From Podarcis bocagei (lineage: Eukaryota), in the NCBI GenBank assembly GCA_964188305.1, contig OZ076885.1: a stretch of 64,000 nt of DNA; one strand, written 5' to 3'. Both the position numbers and the translations under genes were made by a program. Positions 12,026 to 24,813 of this stretch are shown one piece after another. Numbering within the stretch: the first letter of the stretch is position 1; every line of letters begins with the position of its first letter. The notes beneath the pieces were generated by a model, which searched no databases, was not told where the DNA came from, and saw nothing but the letters and a program-made list of their open reading frames with translations.

Positions 12026-14198
12026 CACCTGTCTGGCTGGGTTTCCCCAGCTAAATATAATATGTTTAAGTTGAAGAATGACAATGGGAGAGTGTGGTAG
12101 CTCACTGCCAGTTTTTGATATTGGATGATGGATCGCAACCTGTTGGATGTTGGACGTGCCTGTTGTATACCATAATGAAAATTTGGATTATTTTTTAAAA
12201 AAATAATCTTTATTAATTTAAATTACACACATATACAAAGAATTTACAAATAATTTAAAATCTCATACTACAAAAAGAAAATTAAAGAAAAAACAATTAA
12301 GAAAAAAGAAAAGAAGAAAATACAGAAAAAAGAAAGAAAAAGCAGATTTACATGCATAAAAAACTTAATCTTCCTAATTAATACTTAAATAAACACTTAA
12401 ATAAAAAAGACTTCTGACAAAATGAGTCAGATGTCAGAACTCGATAATTTGGATTTTAAAGGAAATATTTGTGTCTTATTGGCATAGAAACTCAATCTGT
12501 GAATATTGTGTTGTGATTAACAGAAAGCATGACCAATACAGGTTTTTTTTAAAAAAAGTTACTAGATTGAATTCTCGTAGGTGCCCCAAGAATGTATCGG
12601 TAAAATAAAACTTAAGTGCAATTCTATACTTATCGACTCAAAGGTTGGCCCCAGTGAGTTCAGTGGAGCTCCTTCCCAGGTAGGACTACAGATTAAATCA
12701 TAGGCTGTTTCTGCTGCAACATTAGAGAAATAAATATGAAGGTATATTTTCAGATGAAGGCTGTAATCCTATACTCACCTGGGTGCAAGCCCATTGAATG
12801 CAATGGAATTCACTTCTGAACAAATGTGCATATAGGATTGCTCTGTAAATATTTGACCAGGGCTCTGTGTCTTTTCTGCGATTGTTTGTACGTGTGCCAG
12901 AATCAAAAGATGGATTCCAGAGGCTCTTGGTCTCAGCTTTCATTTGTTTGTCTCTAATCCTTTGAAAGAGAGAGTTTTGAAAACCAACAAGCATGCTAAG
13001 ATGGTGGTAATTACAAGCAAAGTGCACTTCCTAGGGGAGTTTACTTCTTAAAGGCGAGCAACAAAAAATGTTAAAAATAAAATATAATCAGTGATATATA
13101 AGGGTGTGCATTTCTATATAGTACTGGTCATACATAAATTCATATCATAAATTAGTTCACCAGAAAGGGAACAACTAAAAAATGATGTTCTCATGAAAGG
13201 CATCTTCATGCGCCTGACCTGGCACCAGCACCACTGCAGTTTGCTAAGAAGGGGAGAGGTGATGTGGCAGAGACAGAGAGGTGCTGTGCGGACACCCTGG
13301 TGGAAATGGTGCCTTGGTTCTGCTCACGCAGCTTCACAGAAGCATCTTCTCCACTGCCTGGCCCCGCTGCCCCCCAGTAGACAACAGTAGAATTAATTGC
13401 ACAACAGTCTCAAGCTTGCAAATCAGCAAGAAAACATTTTTTTTGTTCTGTTTTACCATGTGTCTGTTTCAGCAGCGATATCCTAAAAGGCCATTTTTGT
13501 AAGGTCACGAATTTAAGCCGCACTTTAACTTTTCACGGTCGGAATTTGGAAATAGTGTGACGTATTCAGGCCAATACGGTATTTATCAGCTAGTCAAATG
13601 CTGATCTCAGTCATCTGCCTTACTTTCTCTCTCCTCGCCCCCAACATTTTTCTCTGGGTTGTCTTTAGGCAGCACAAAACTTTATAAGGGCACTTTCACT
13701 TTATTTTTTTCAATGGAAGATGCTTTAAAAACATCTGTGAAACTGCTCCAGGGTTATGGGGGGGGGGGGAAGGATTCCAAGAACACAAGGATCAACCAGC
13801 TTTTGCTTCGCGGTGGATAAACTGCCCCCCCCCCCGAGTTTGATCTTGGACAGGGAACTGGTCACTTCCACCATACCTTAACAACCCACTGCACACTCAC
13901 ATTTCTGCACCTCCTCAGAATCTAATTATATTGAATGTATTTTATCAAGAACTAGTTTATCCAGTGGGGTTTTTTTTCTTGTTTTATTAAAATGCAAAAC
14001 CAAGCATCAAACAAAATCATAACAGAAAACAGTTATTAAATTCCGAAGCAGAGCCAAAAAAAAGTTTCAGTGGTTTTTCAGCTCACAATGCACTTTAAAC
14101 AAATCTTTCTCCGATCTTTGAACCCTTTATAATTTAGTTCGTCGAAATGTAGGTGTGCATAAATACACAAACTGTGTCTCCAAATGCTTTCATTATAG

Positions 14199-14316
14199 CC
14201 TGAAGATATGTTTGTGTGTGACATTGAAGAACGGGACATCAGTGGTCCCCCACCACACAAGAAGCTAAAGAAGAGTCAATGCACGCCTCTCTTCATGAAT
14301 GCTTACACCATGAGAG
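14199..14316 (+). CDS. APIP: APIP coding exon 4 (118 nt)
   Basis: attatag acceptor; encodes PEDMFVCDIEERDISGPPPHKKLKKSQCTPLFMNAYTMR; GTAGGC donor. Confidence 0.96.
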
Positions 14317-14656
14317 GTAGGCAGCAAGCAGCGTTATTGAAAAGTCAGCACTTCGTAAACACGAGTGTATTCTGCTTATAAAATGGAGATTTCTTAATTG
14401 AAACTGCAGCAGAATTGGAACACGCTTTTATAACAGTACAATGCAATTCTTGCAGTAATTGCTATAACAGCTAAAGCATCTTTCTTTTACCGATTGGTTG
14501 ATTTCATTTACAGTATATATATGCCTCCTTATAACAAAAAGCTCTCTTGATGGCTTTTTGAAAAGGAATGATTCACAGAAGCTTCATTCGGCAAATACAA
14601 ATATGTACCCCAATGGAGTCTCTCTTTTTTGGTAACAATTACTACATTTTTAATAT

Positions 14657-14958
14657 GGGCCTTCTGGCGGTTCCCTCCCTGCGAGAAGTGAGGTTACGGG
14701 GAACCAGGCAGAGGGCCTTCTTGGTGGTGGCACCCACCCTGTGGAATGCCCTCCCATCAGATATCAAGGAAATAAACAACTATCTGACTTTTAGAAGATA
14801 TCTGAAGGCAGCCCTGTTTTGGGAAGTTTTTAATGTCTGATGTTTTGTTGTGCTTTTAATTCTGTTGGGAACCACCCAGAGTGGCTGGGGAAGCCCAGCC
14901 AGATGGGTGGGGTATAAATTATTAATTATTATTATTATATAATAATAATAATAATAAT
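14657..14958 (+). mobile_element. L2 LINE 3' end
   Basis: Encodes RAFLVVAPTLWNALP..IK....TFRRYLKAALF (L2 ORF2 C-terminus), then 3' UTR and (TTA/TAA)n tail. Confidence 0.85.
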
Positions 14959-15658
14959 TCAGCCTCTCTGTATGTGCACAGAGTATGGCTGACTTACTAG
15001 TCTTCTGAGGGGAAAATCATAAGTGGCAGAATCAGAGGTGCCCAGTTGCCTCAGCTAGCAGTGGGAAAATGAATGAGTATTTCCTGGCCATTCCCCTTAC
15101 TTTCAATGTTTGGCTACTGCTCATGTGCTGGCAGCTTATCCTCCCCTCCTCTCTGCCTCATTCTGAGGAAGACGGAGAGGCATCCTGGGAAAGGTGGCTT
15201 TAGAGAATGCTTTTCCAGTGTTTTTTGGGGGTTAGTAGACATCCTCTCTTAAATAATTCCCAGCCACCCCAGAATAGTGGCAGCTCAGGCATTCTCCCGG
15301 GCCACCTGTCCCGCCATGCCTTGCTCTGAGAAAATACCCCTTCCCTTCTTCAGAATGAGGCGTGTTGCTGCCATATTAGCAGTGGCAATACTTTAAAAGC
15401 GAGGAGGAGGAGCACTTGGAAAGGAGTAGCAGAATGTTCAAAATCAGTGAACCTATCTGCCACTTAGGCTGGGGAAACAGGAGACAAGGAAGCAGGCAGG
15501 TTTTGGAGAAAAGTTTTATACTGTGTCTGTGGACAGGGGTCTGTGTGCTCTAGGTAGGAATGAGTGCAGGGAGATGAAGGCTGAATTTTGTATCTCAGTT
15601 CAAAATAAGACAAATGTTTGACTATGGGACTCTAGTCCCTATCCTTAGCACTAGACTA

Positions 15659-15906
15659 CAGTCATACCTTGGAAGTCGAGCGGAATCTGTTCCGGAAGTC
15701 CGTTCGACTTCCAAAACGTTCGAAAACCAAATCACGGCTTCTGATTGGCTGCAGGAAGCTCCTGCAGCCAATCAGAAGCCGCAGAACACCCGTTGGACGT
15801 TCGGCTTCCAAAAATAGTTCACAAGCCAGAACAGTCACTTCCGGGTTTGCCATTCAGGAGCCAAAACGTTTGGGAACTAAGCTGTTCGAAAACCAAGGTA
15901 CGACTG
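15659..15906. mobile_element. pogo-like MITE
   Basis: TA-CAGTCATACCTTGG...CCAAGGTACGACTG-TA, with central palindrome GGCTTCTGATTGGCTGCAGGA/TCCTGCAGCCAATCAGAAGCC. Confidence 0.8.
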
Positions 15907-16375
15907 TATAATCCTGAAAAATATGTCTAGCATGATTAACAAGAGATCCAGTAAATCAGAATCTGTTCAAATTGTTGCTTGGCACCTTTGGAATGGAATG
16001 GGTGGAGGACCAGTTCAAAGGTTAAACTCAAAGGACTGGTTCTTTATTAAATCAAATCAAATCTTAGAGAGAGAGAAAAGAGAAGAAGTAGTTTGGGGTA
16101 TTTCAGTCTTGACAGGGCGTTTGAATTTTCATTCTGAGAATGTATGCCTTCTGGGGATGTATGTGTTGAGTGTAATTAATATACCCTCAGGTGGAGAGTG
16201 TGGCTGAAGTCCAAGTAGAGAGAGATAATTTTCTAGATTGTTATTTGCTTCCTTTTAAGTTTGTTCCCCAAGGAATACAAATTACTAGAAACTGTGAATA
16301 TTGCCTCCGTTTCCCACCTGTGCTACTTAGCTGGTAGCTGCATGCTAGTATTAGTAATTAGTATTGGAAACTGGT

Positions 16376-16735
16376 TTTTGTCCATGGAGTGCTGGAGGAG
16401 ACTCTTGATAGTCCCATGGACTGCAAGAAGATCAAACCTATCCATTCTTAAGGAAATCAGCCCTAAGTGTTCACTGGAAGGACGGATACTGAAGCTGAGG
16501 CTCCAATACTTTGGCCACCTCATGAGAAGAGAAGACTCCCTGGAAAAGACCCTGATGTTGGGAAAGATGGAGGGCACAAGGAGAAGGGGACGACAGAGGA
16601 CGAGATGGTTGGGCAGTGTTCTCGAAGCTACTAACAGGAGTTTGACCAAACTGCGAGAGGCAGTGGAAGACAGGAGTGCCTGTTGTGCTTTGGTCCATGG
16701 GGTCACGAAGAGTTGGACATGGCTAAACAACAACA
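16376..16735 (+). mobile_element. Bov-B/RTE LINE 3' fragment
   Basis: Encodes CWRRLLIVPWTARRSN...HGVTKS; (CAA)n tail; near-TSD attggaaa(c/t)tggt. Confidence 0.92.
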
Positions 16736-17393
16736 ATTGGAAATTGGTATAGATGTAGACACAATTTTATTAAGAAAGGCTGTGGTGGGGTGAACCCACC
16801 ATTCCAGTGTCACTGCAACTTACCTGGAGGGGACAGGGGCAGAACTGGGTGATGACAAGCTTGGAGCAGTGTGGTCACATTGGCAGGAGCACCACACTGA
16901 CTCTGCTGGTGTGGACCCTGTTGAATATTTGCCACTGCTAACATTTTGACACACACACTTCCCTTTTCCTGATATTCAGTGCCAGTGTTGGGATATATGG
17001 AGCATTCTCTTGCGCTCTTGGTTACAAATGGGGGTTAAAATAATAAAAAACAGGTTTTGCTGATCTCTGATAAAATACTACAAAGAAAGCTTATAGGGAA
17101 ATGTACAAATGCCTCCTTCATTGTTTTGTGGTGCGTAAGAAGCTGGCTGCATTGAGCTAGTGAAACTGAAGCAAGCCATACATTTTCTCTGAGGATTACT
17201 GAGTGCAGTCTGCCATGCTTTCCGTTGATTTAAAGAAGTGAGTTGTTTTGTCTTTTAATTTACCTTGTCTGTATTAGCAAAAATATTTAGTGTTGGTCGT
17301 AAGTTTATATACCAGGAACATCAAGAAAAAAAAGAGCTGCAATTGAAGAGTGATGTATGAGTCATATTTTTCATTAAGTTTTCGCTTTCGTAG

Positions 17394-17529
17394 GAGCTGG
17401 AGCAGTAATCCATACACACTCCAAAGCTGCTGTAATGGCCACACTTCTCTATCCTGGAAGAGAGTTTAAAATTACTCATCAGGAGATGATAAAAGGTATC
17501 AAAAAATGCACAGCAGGAGGCTATTTCAG
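17394..17529 (+). CDS. APIP: APIP coding exon 5 (136 nt)
   Basis: tttcgtag acceptor; encodes [46 protein letters not shown]; GTAATT donor. Confidence 0.96.
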
Positions 17530-17834
17530 GTAATTTCTCCTTGATAAGTTTTCAGGCTCGTGTCATAGTTTACCCTGATTTCAGAACAATCTCTCTTGTT
17601 CATATTTCAGATAATCTGTTTTTATGTGCAATGTGCAAATACTTCACTTTAAAAAAAGAACTTCTGCTGGTAATTTCCCAGAAAATATGTCTGCAGTCCT
17701 ATAGATGGTTATGTTGAGCACAAATTCTGTTGAACTCAGTGGGACATATGAGCGGAACTGGCATAAATTGGCTTTTGTTCTACAAGATACACTACCTCTC
17801 CTGCCTTTACAAGCCTGTGTTAGTAGATGTAGAT

Positions 17835-18160
17835 CGGGGGTCGGCAACCTAAGGCCCATGGGCCACAAGCGGCCCATGGGGGTCGTTTAACCAGACCATG
17901 GACCCCCACCGCCCACTCGGTCAGCTCCTGTGCGCCATGCTAAACCAGTGCGGAGCAGAGCGGGGACTGCCTTCCATGACACTGGCCGGCTTCCCATTGG
18001 CTGCAGGAGCTTCCTGCAGCCAATTGGAAACTGCACACGCCTCCTCCGCACTGGAAGGAGCCGGAAATAGCGTTTGCGCATGTGTGCACGCACTCTGGCC
18101 CACCGTGGCGTCTGCGGGACCGTGAACCGGCCCAAGCCACAAAAACTTCGCTGACCCCTG
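17835..18160. mobile_element. Non-autonomous hAT-like element
   Basis: TIR C(G)GGGGTCGGCAAC / TTCGCTGACCCCTG; 8-bp TSD atgtagat/atgtagag. Confidence 0.8.
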
Positions 18161-18687
18161 ATGTAGAGCTATCTAATAATTCCACAGAACCTCTGACATC
18201 CCAGGTTACTGTTACAGATATCCTTGGAAGAATTGGGTAAAGTGGGATGGTAGATATTATTGTTTCAAATTCAAATTCCTATAGTTGTTGCAATTTCAAC
18301 TACTTAGCACATTTCTTGCACATTAGCGAAAATTATCTCCTATGTTTTCCTAGTAACTAGGGTTTCTTGTGTCATTTTGTATACCAGATTCTAGCTTTGT
18401 AGCTAGTTTATGAAACATCTTAGTTCTTATAATTATTTAGTTGTGCCCATTACAACAACATTGTAAGGGAAGTGAGCATTATTACTCCCATATTGCAGAT
18501 GGGGGGAGTAGCATGAGGGTGGCTTGCTTTAAGGCCATCTAGCGCATACATGGTAGAGGCAAGTTTCAAACTGGGACTTTCTGATTAATAAGTACACCTG
18601 CAGTCTTAATCGTACTTGCCTGGGAGTAAGCCCCATTGAATTCAATAGGAATTACTTCTGAGAGGACGGGGTTACAGTTGAACTGTA

Positions 18688-19002
18688 AGGCCCCATTGGC
18701 GCTATACATTTAAAGCAGTATTAAATCACTTTAACAGTCATGGCTTCACTTCACCCAAGTAATTTTGGGAACTGCAGTTCCCCTGAAAGTGATACAATTC
18801 CCAGAGTTCCCTGGGAAAAAAGGGATTGATTGTTAAACTTCTCTGGAAATTGGAGTTCTGTGAGGGGAATAGAGGCCTCCTAACAACTCTCAGCACCATA
18901 ACCCCCATATTGCAGACTACAGTTCCCAAGATTCTTTGGGGGGAAGCCCAAACAGTTTAAAGTAGTTTGAGACTGCTTTAAATGTACAGTGCAGAGGGGC
19001 CT
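18688..19002. mobile_element. Palindromic non-autonomous DNA element
   Basis: AGGCCCC..CTATACATTTAAAGCAG and CTGCTTTAAATGTACAGTGCAGAGGGGCCT ends; related copy at ~39765-39958. Confidence 0.6.
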
Positions 19003-20846
19003 ACTATGCTGCTCTGGTTTTCACTTCTAACGCCCCCCCCCCCCATTTTATGGAAGACACATAACAAATACTCCCTTTCCATAGTCCCACCCCCCGCCCC
19101 GGCAATCAAGATGGATTGAACTTACATGTCCTGTATTTAACCTTTCTAGATCACGTGAAAGTATCCTAAGAATCACGATACTTGTGTGAGTGAGAGGTGC
19201 CCAATCATTTTTACATATAAGAGTGAGATATACTTAGAGTCATATCTTATTTTAGAACAACAAAGTTCAAGCATATAAATTGTGGCATGTTTAATTTATT
19301 ATTTCTGTCATGGTTCCAACAGTGTATAGCTAGTACCCTGCCAGTTTTAATTAACTTGGTTTAAACAATGCCAGGTTATCTTAATCCCACTTTAGTATTC
19401 ATAGAGCAAATTCCAGGGCGGGACAGGCTCCATCTTGCTCACAGTTGAGATTCTCAGAATACGATAGAACAATACGAATGATCTGCTAAGACTTCTAAGC
19501 AAACAATTACACTAGGGAACAAAACATCAATTCTTGGAATTCACGTGATATTTTTCTCTCCTCACTCCCTTCAAAATGAAAGAACTCAGGACCCAACGAA
19601 ACTGATAAGTGGTCTGATCTTTGCACAATTAACTTCTGGAATTGACTTCTCTAGTGTTTTAGGATGACCAGTGGCATAAGCAGACTTTTTTTTACAATTA
19701 GTGTAGCATCACCTACCATATGCTGGTGATTAATAACAAGAGATTAATATTGTGCTGTTTGTCACAGCAGAGTGACGTTCCGTTGTTGCTGGTAAATGCT
19801 GAAGACAAATAAATGCAAAATACAGAACAATTGATAGAGTCTAGCCAAAGTTAAGAAGAGTTTCAACTTCTTTGAAATTGTTGACACTTGCAATGCAATC
19901 CTATGCATTTCTCCTCAGAAATAAGTGTCAGTGGGACTTGTTCCCAGGTAGGCGTGTGGTGCACAGTTGCTGCCTTAAGTCACCTGGTTGGTCGTGCCCA
20001 CTGATGCTGTGCAGCGAAACGCTACCATTCCTGAGTGCCAATGCCATGATGAACCAATGGAAACATAGATAGGGAGATGTTTTCAAATAAATGTTTGTTT
20101 CAAAAAGTCCTTAGTACAAACAAGCTGTGATGTTCACTGTCTCTTTGATGATTTAATTCCTCTTTAATTCACTTCTATGCTTTAAATCAAACTCTTCCTA
20201 ATACCATGGTAACATGGTGCTGGTGTCGTCATTGTGTTACGTGATTTAGGCTGCAATCCAGCACACACACACACACACACACACACACTGGGGAGTCTTT
20301 ACAGAGTGACAGGGCCACCAAGCATCCAGAGCTCTGCTGCACACAGCTGGTGGAGCAGAAGGTGGGGGAATCGTAATATGACCCAGCTCAGGCTTAATGC
20401 TGTTGCATGACAACAGTGACACTGGCTTGGGATCCAGCAGACCTGGGACCAACTCAGTCAATCCCCATCTCCAAAACATCCTGCATTGGGGCTTTCCACT
20501 GGCGAATGCTTCTGCTAGGCATCCCTGCAGTGGTCCTCCTGTCTTCATGCACCTTGAACTGATGGAAGGGGTAATGTACCACTGTTGGCCAGCAGTAGGC
20601 CAGCTTAACCAGGAGAGCCAGGTAGAAAGGATTGCTCTTCCCTGGGTATACGGGATGCCATTGCTGATTTTAATTCATTGATAATCACCTGAGTGGCTTT
20701 GTGGCAGAAAAGTGGGACATACTCTTCTATTGTCTCCTGAGACAGACGGATGCCAACCAGATTGCTTTGGACCAGCCTTTCCAGGTAGCAGAAGCACAAT
20801 GCTAACCTGAAACGGAACACGTGTCCCAATTCCATCATCTTTTCAG

Positions 20847-21014
20847 GTATGATGATACCTTAGTGGTTCCTATTGTCGAGAACACACCTGAAGAGAAGGA
20901 CCTGAAGGAAAGAATGGCTCAGGCAATGGATGACTACCCAGACTCCTGTGCTGTGCTGGTCAGACGTCATGGAGTCTATGTTTGGGGAGAAACTTGGGAA
21001 AAAGCCAAGACAAT
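20847..21014 (+). CDS. APIP: APIP coding exon 6 (168 nt)
   Basis: cttttcag acceptor; encodes [56 protein letters not shown]; GTGAGT donor. Confidence 0.96.
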
Positions 21015-21524
21015 GTGAGTTCTTCTTCTTCTTTGGAAATCATTCATAGCCCAGTACAACTATGTGAGTACAACTATAAAGAAGCACAATGGTAGCCCTC
21101 TGCTGTTGCAAGCAAATGCCACTGGATTTTACACTCCCGAGTGTACTAGAGAATGCATGTTGCTTTCAGATGAAGCTATCGCCACTTCTGCTTCACCTGT
21201 GTCTTTCCTTTAATATATGTAGATACTGAGAACAGCCCTCAAACACTCAGATTCCCAAAAGTGAAGATCCCTGGGAGTACAATTCCCCTTTGCAAATATT
21301 TTCAAAAGCCTTCACATGTTTTGCAGATCGTAGCACAGACTTGGAAGCTAAGCATAGTTTAAAAAAACTAATTTAGGTCTTGTTGCTATTTATGATTATG
21401 TTTCTAATGTGAGGAAAGACATTACCAACATAATGTTGTATAAGAAAAAACACAAAATTCATATTGCTACAATTAGTGCTAAATCACATAGCAAGATGCC
21501 AACTTCTTTCGTTTTGTCTTTTAG

Positions 21525-21624
21525 GTGTGAATGTTATGACTACCTTTTTGATATTGCGGTACAAATGAAACAACATGGACTTGATCCTACTGCAGTTCCA
21601 AAGGAAGAAAATGGGATCATTTAA
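21525..21624 (+). CDS. APIP: APIP terminal coding exon 7
   Basis: ttttgtcttttag acceptor; encodes CECYDYLFDIAVQMKQHGLDPTAVPKEENGII, then TAA. Confidence 0.96.
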
Positions 21625-21980
21625 TACCTTGACATCTCTTACCAAAATGACACTGATATTTCAGGGAAATATCAATAGGTTTTAGGGTTCACGCCCAAGC
21701 AACTTTTAACATTTTGCACAATATGTGCTTATTGGTTTTAGTGAGATATTGTTGCTAAATACAAACCATTTTATGCTGTTTGTTAAAATCCTGAAGGATT
21801 CCCAAGGCAGTCTGGATTCCCAATTGTGCATATTGAAGGATCTGGGACTTCCCTTTCCCTTTACTTTCACAGCACAACTGGCATGTTTCTTTAGGATTTT
21901 CCTTGTGGCTCGGATTCTATAATATAGCAAGATCAAAATGCAAATGTCTTACAACTTCAAATTATTGTAAGGTTTTCATA

Positions 21981-21986
21981 AATAAA
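21981..21986 (+). terminator. Candidate APIP polyadenylation signal AATAAA
   Basis: First AATAAA I see after the stop, ~360 nt downstream. Confidence 0.55.
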
Positions 21987-22344
21987 AGACAAGTTGCATT
22001 TTGAAAGCCTAGCATGGCACCAAATGGAAAAGTTCTTTAAAACAGCTTTAAACTAAATCAACAAAGAGTCTGTCTCTGGAAAAGCTAGATAGTGTTGAAA
22101 GAGTGCCACGTATAAAAGTACACCAAAATGAAACATTAGCCTTTTCTCTTTGAAAAGTGCAGTAGTAATTATATTTTACACTATCCTCTTTCCTCAGCAA
22201 CCCCTAGGTTACAATAGATTTTCTCTTGGTTAATTTTAATGGATGCCTTCTTTGTAAGTTAAGCAGAGGAGAAAATGTATGCATTAAAAATGATAATATT
22301 TGAAGTAGAAATGAGAATCAGATATGTGAAAGTACATGGTGACT

Positions 22345-22775
22345 TTCTTTTTTATATAATTAAATTTATAATTTCCGTTTATGTACAAATGTACAATTAT
22401 TCAACAATCGTTCTAACATTTCAAACTTTGACTCTTCTTCCCCCTCTTTCTGCGGTTCTTTGCATTTATTTTCATCATTTCCTGCATACTCCAAATTAAC
22501 TTATTATTTTAGTCATCTATTCTCATATCTATCTCATAAACATTTTTGAAGCCGCAGGTTCTTACATACTCCATTTCCTGCATACTCCAAATTAACTTAT
22601 TATTTTAGTCATCTATTCTCATATCTATCTCATAAACATTTTTGAAGCCGCAGGTTCTTACGATAATCCTACCAATGTCTTGATTTGTTTACAATTTGTT
22701 TGTAAATACTCTATAAAACATTTCCATTCCTTTCTAAAAAGTTTATTGTCTTTATTTCTTTTTCTTCCAGTAAGG
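22345..22775 (-). mobile_element. L1 3' fragment
   Basis: Minus strand encodes LTGRKRNKDNKLFRKEWKCFIEYLQ (L1 ORF2 C-terminus), followed by AT-rich 3' UTR and A-rich tail. Confidence 0.7.
22476..22661. repeat. Perfect 90-bp direct duplication
   Basis: 22476-22565 is identical to 22572-22661, with a 6-bp linker ATACTC. Confidence 0.92.
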
Positions 22776-23162
22776 ATATTGTTGTGGATAAAACAGCACA
22801 TATAATTTCTTCACCATTTCAGTTACATAACTATGTTGGATAATATTGCCAAATGATTTAATCCTCTTTAGAAACAACTCTGTTTTCAAGGAAAATTAAA
22901 TTCTGTAATATTCGTAAGGTAGACTTTGTGCCAAGTTTCTTTCAGTATGGCTTACACCAGGTGTAATTTTACTAAAGAGACTTGATTACAAAAGCTTTGA
23001 ATTCTACAAGTGGGTGGTTTATACGAGCAGTTTCTGTGTGACTAGAATCTATGCTGCTCCTGTATGGTTTCTTAAAAAGGCGAGGGGGTTCCTCGTCTTT
23101 ACAGAGCTGCCCTTAAATCTGAATCAAACACTGGGCTTGAGGTGGTAAATAAGGCACTACAC

Positions 23163-23298
23163 CAGGCATAGGCAAACTCGGCCCTCCAGATGTTTTGGGA
23201 GTACAACTCCCATCATCCCTAGCTAACAGGACCAGTGGTCAGGGATTATGGGAGTTGTAGTCCCAAAACATCTGGAGGGCCGAGTTTGCCTATGGCTG
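23163..23298. mobile_element. Palindromic hAT-like MITE (same family as 287-422, opposite orientation)
   Basis: CAGGCATAGGCAAACTCGGCCCTCCAGATG...CATCTGGAGGGCCGAGTTTGCCTATGGCTG. Confidence 0.82.
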
Positions 23299-24813
23299 CA
23301 GTATACCCTTTTTAATTAGGCACATATTGTTATCAAATAGCTTCCATGAAACAGGTAACATCTGAAGATTTCATGCAGGATGGAGATACAAGGAAGAGAA
23401 TATTTCCACCACCTAAAGGTCTACCTGTGTCAGGATTTGGGGAATCAGCTTCTTTCCCTGTGTCAGTAAAGAAGATCAAACAAAAGGAATGTCTTACCAG
23501 TTCAATTCTTTAGTAATCACAGTGAGAGACAAAAGAAAATGTCTCCCTAGAAATGGCGGTGCTCCCAATTAAGGCTTACACCCCACCCATCCCTATTAAT
23601 CTACGTCACTCCTACGTCTTGAAATCTGAACTTGTACCCTTTGCTCTTTCTGCTCTGAGACTTTCTGAGCTCTTCTCAACCTTGGGAAGGGCAGTGGAGG
23701 AATGCTGTCCAAAGACTGTTCCCCATCCAGTATTTCCCAGTTTCTGCCTTCTAAACTATTCCTCTCTGCAAACCACTGTTCCAAATCTACACTGTCATCC
23801 TTTTCCTGGGAAGACTCAGGATCAGGGCAAGGGGGTAGTTCCCATCATTCCTCCTCAGCACAGTCCCAGAAAACCAGTCAGTAAGATCTTGAAGCGCTTC
23901 TAGAAAATTTTCCAGGTTTGGTGAAACGTCAAGGGAGCAGAAGTTTCACATTATACTTTGGTATCATTGCCTCTTCTGGCTCAGTACTGTCTACAAGTTT
24001 CTAGGACTTACAAGAGTTTCTCCCAGTCCTACATGGAAATGCCTGGGATTGAACCCAGTACCTTCTGCCTTTCCCCCAGAGGATAGTTTTGTATGTGGAT
24101 GATACACTCAAGACATTGTCTTTGCCTATTGAATATTGCAAGAGGGTTGTCTTAGCTGCACCCTGTTTGGACAACTGTTTCAATGTCAGCGTTGCTAAAC
24201 TATTAGGCTAGTTGTTAGCTCTCTGCCTATGGTGGTTTTAGGTGTCACAAAAGGCTCATAGAGACACTTCAGACCAATCCTGTGCACTCCTGTAGCAGAG
24301 CACCCAGAATTTATTAGCAGGTCATCATTAAGTAATTGGCAAGGTTGCCTACTATTTGATCAGATCCATTCAACACTATAGACACAAATATATAATGAAC
24401 CAGACATACCACAGGCCTTATTACTCCTAATAAACAGTGTTCTGAGTTTTGTTTCAGGGCGCTAGATAAGTGAAAGTTATAATCAACTTACGTTTTCATT
24501 CTAGCTTCACTTGTGTATTTATGAGTAAATTCACTTTTGAGTTATCAGAATATACTTAAAAAGCAATTCTGGACACCACCTTGCTGAAGGCCTCAAAACG
24601 TATGTGCCTTTCCTGTCTAGTATGAATTTAAAGTGTGTCAGGTTGAAGGTAACTGAAGTTAGCATTAATGACTAGTGCAAAGTCAATGCAAAAGCATCAG
24701 TATTTATTGGTTGCTCATATAATTCAAAGTACCTGCTTTCACTCATCTTCTCAAGGATTGCACGTCAATCATAGGCAACTATGTGATCAATTTAATGCAG
24801 CTGTAAAGACTAC

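Larger units (their letters stand above)
7683..21624 (+). other. APIP: APIP gene, coding exons 2-7 (exon 1 outside window; 1-7682 presumed intron 1)
   Basis: Six exons splice in frame to [55 protein letters not shown]...[16 protein letters not shown]...HQEMIKG...[13 protein letters not shown]...[29 protein letters not shown]...ENGII*. This matches the vertebrate APIP/MtnB class II aldolase-fold protein, with Zn-binding HxH and RRHG motifs. Confidence 0.97.

Noticed and set aside
11393-12138. Six overlapping 181-242 aa ORFs on both strands
   Set aside because: By-product of a stop-poor GC-rich 89-bp repeat; the peptides are periodic and lie in an intron.
20821-21624. ORF-track 65-aa and 71-aa ORFs as separate genes
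   Set aside because: They are APIP exons 6 and 7 with intronic extensions.
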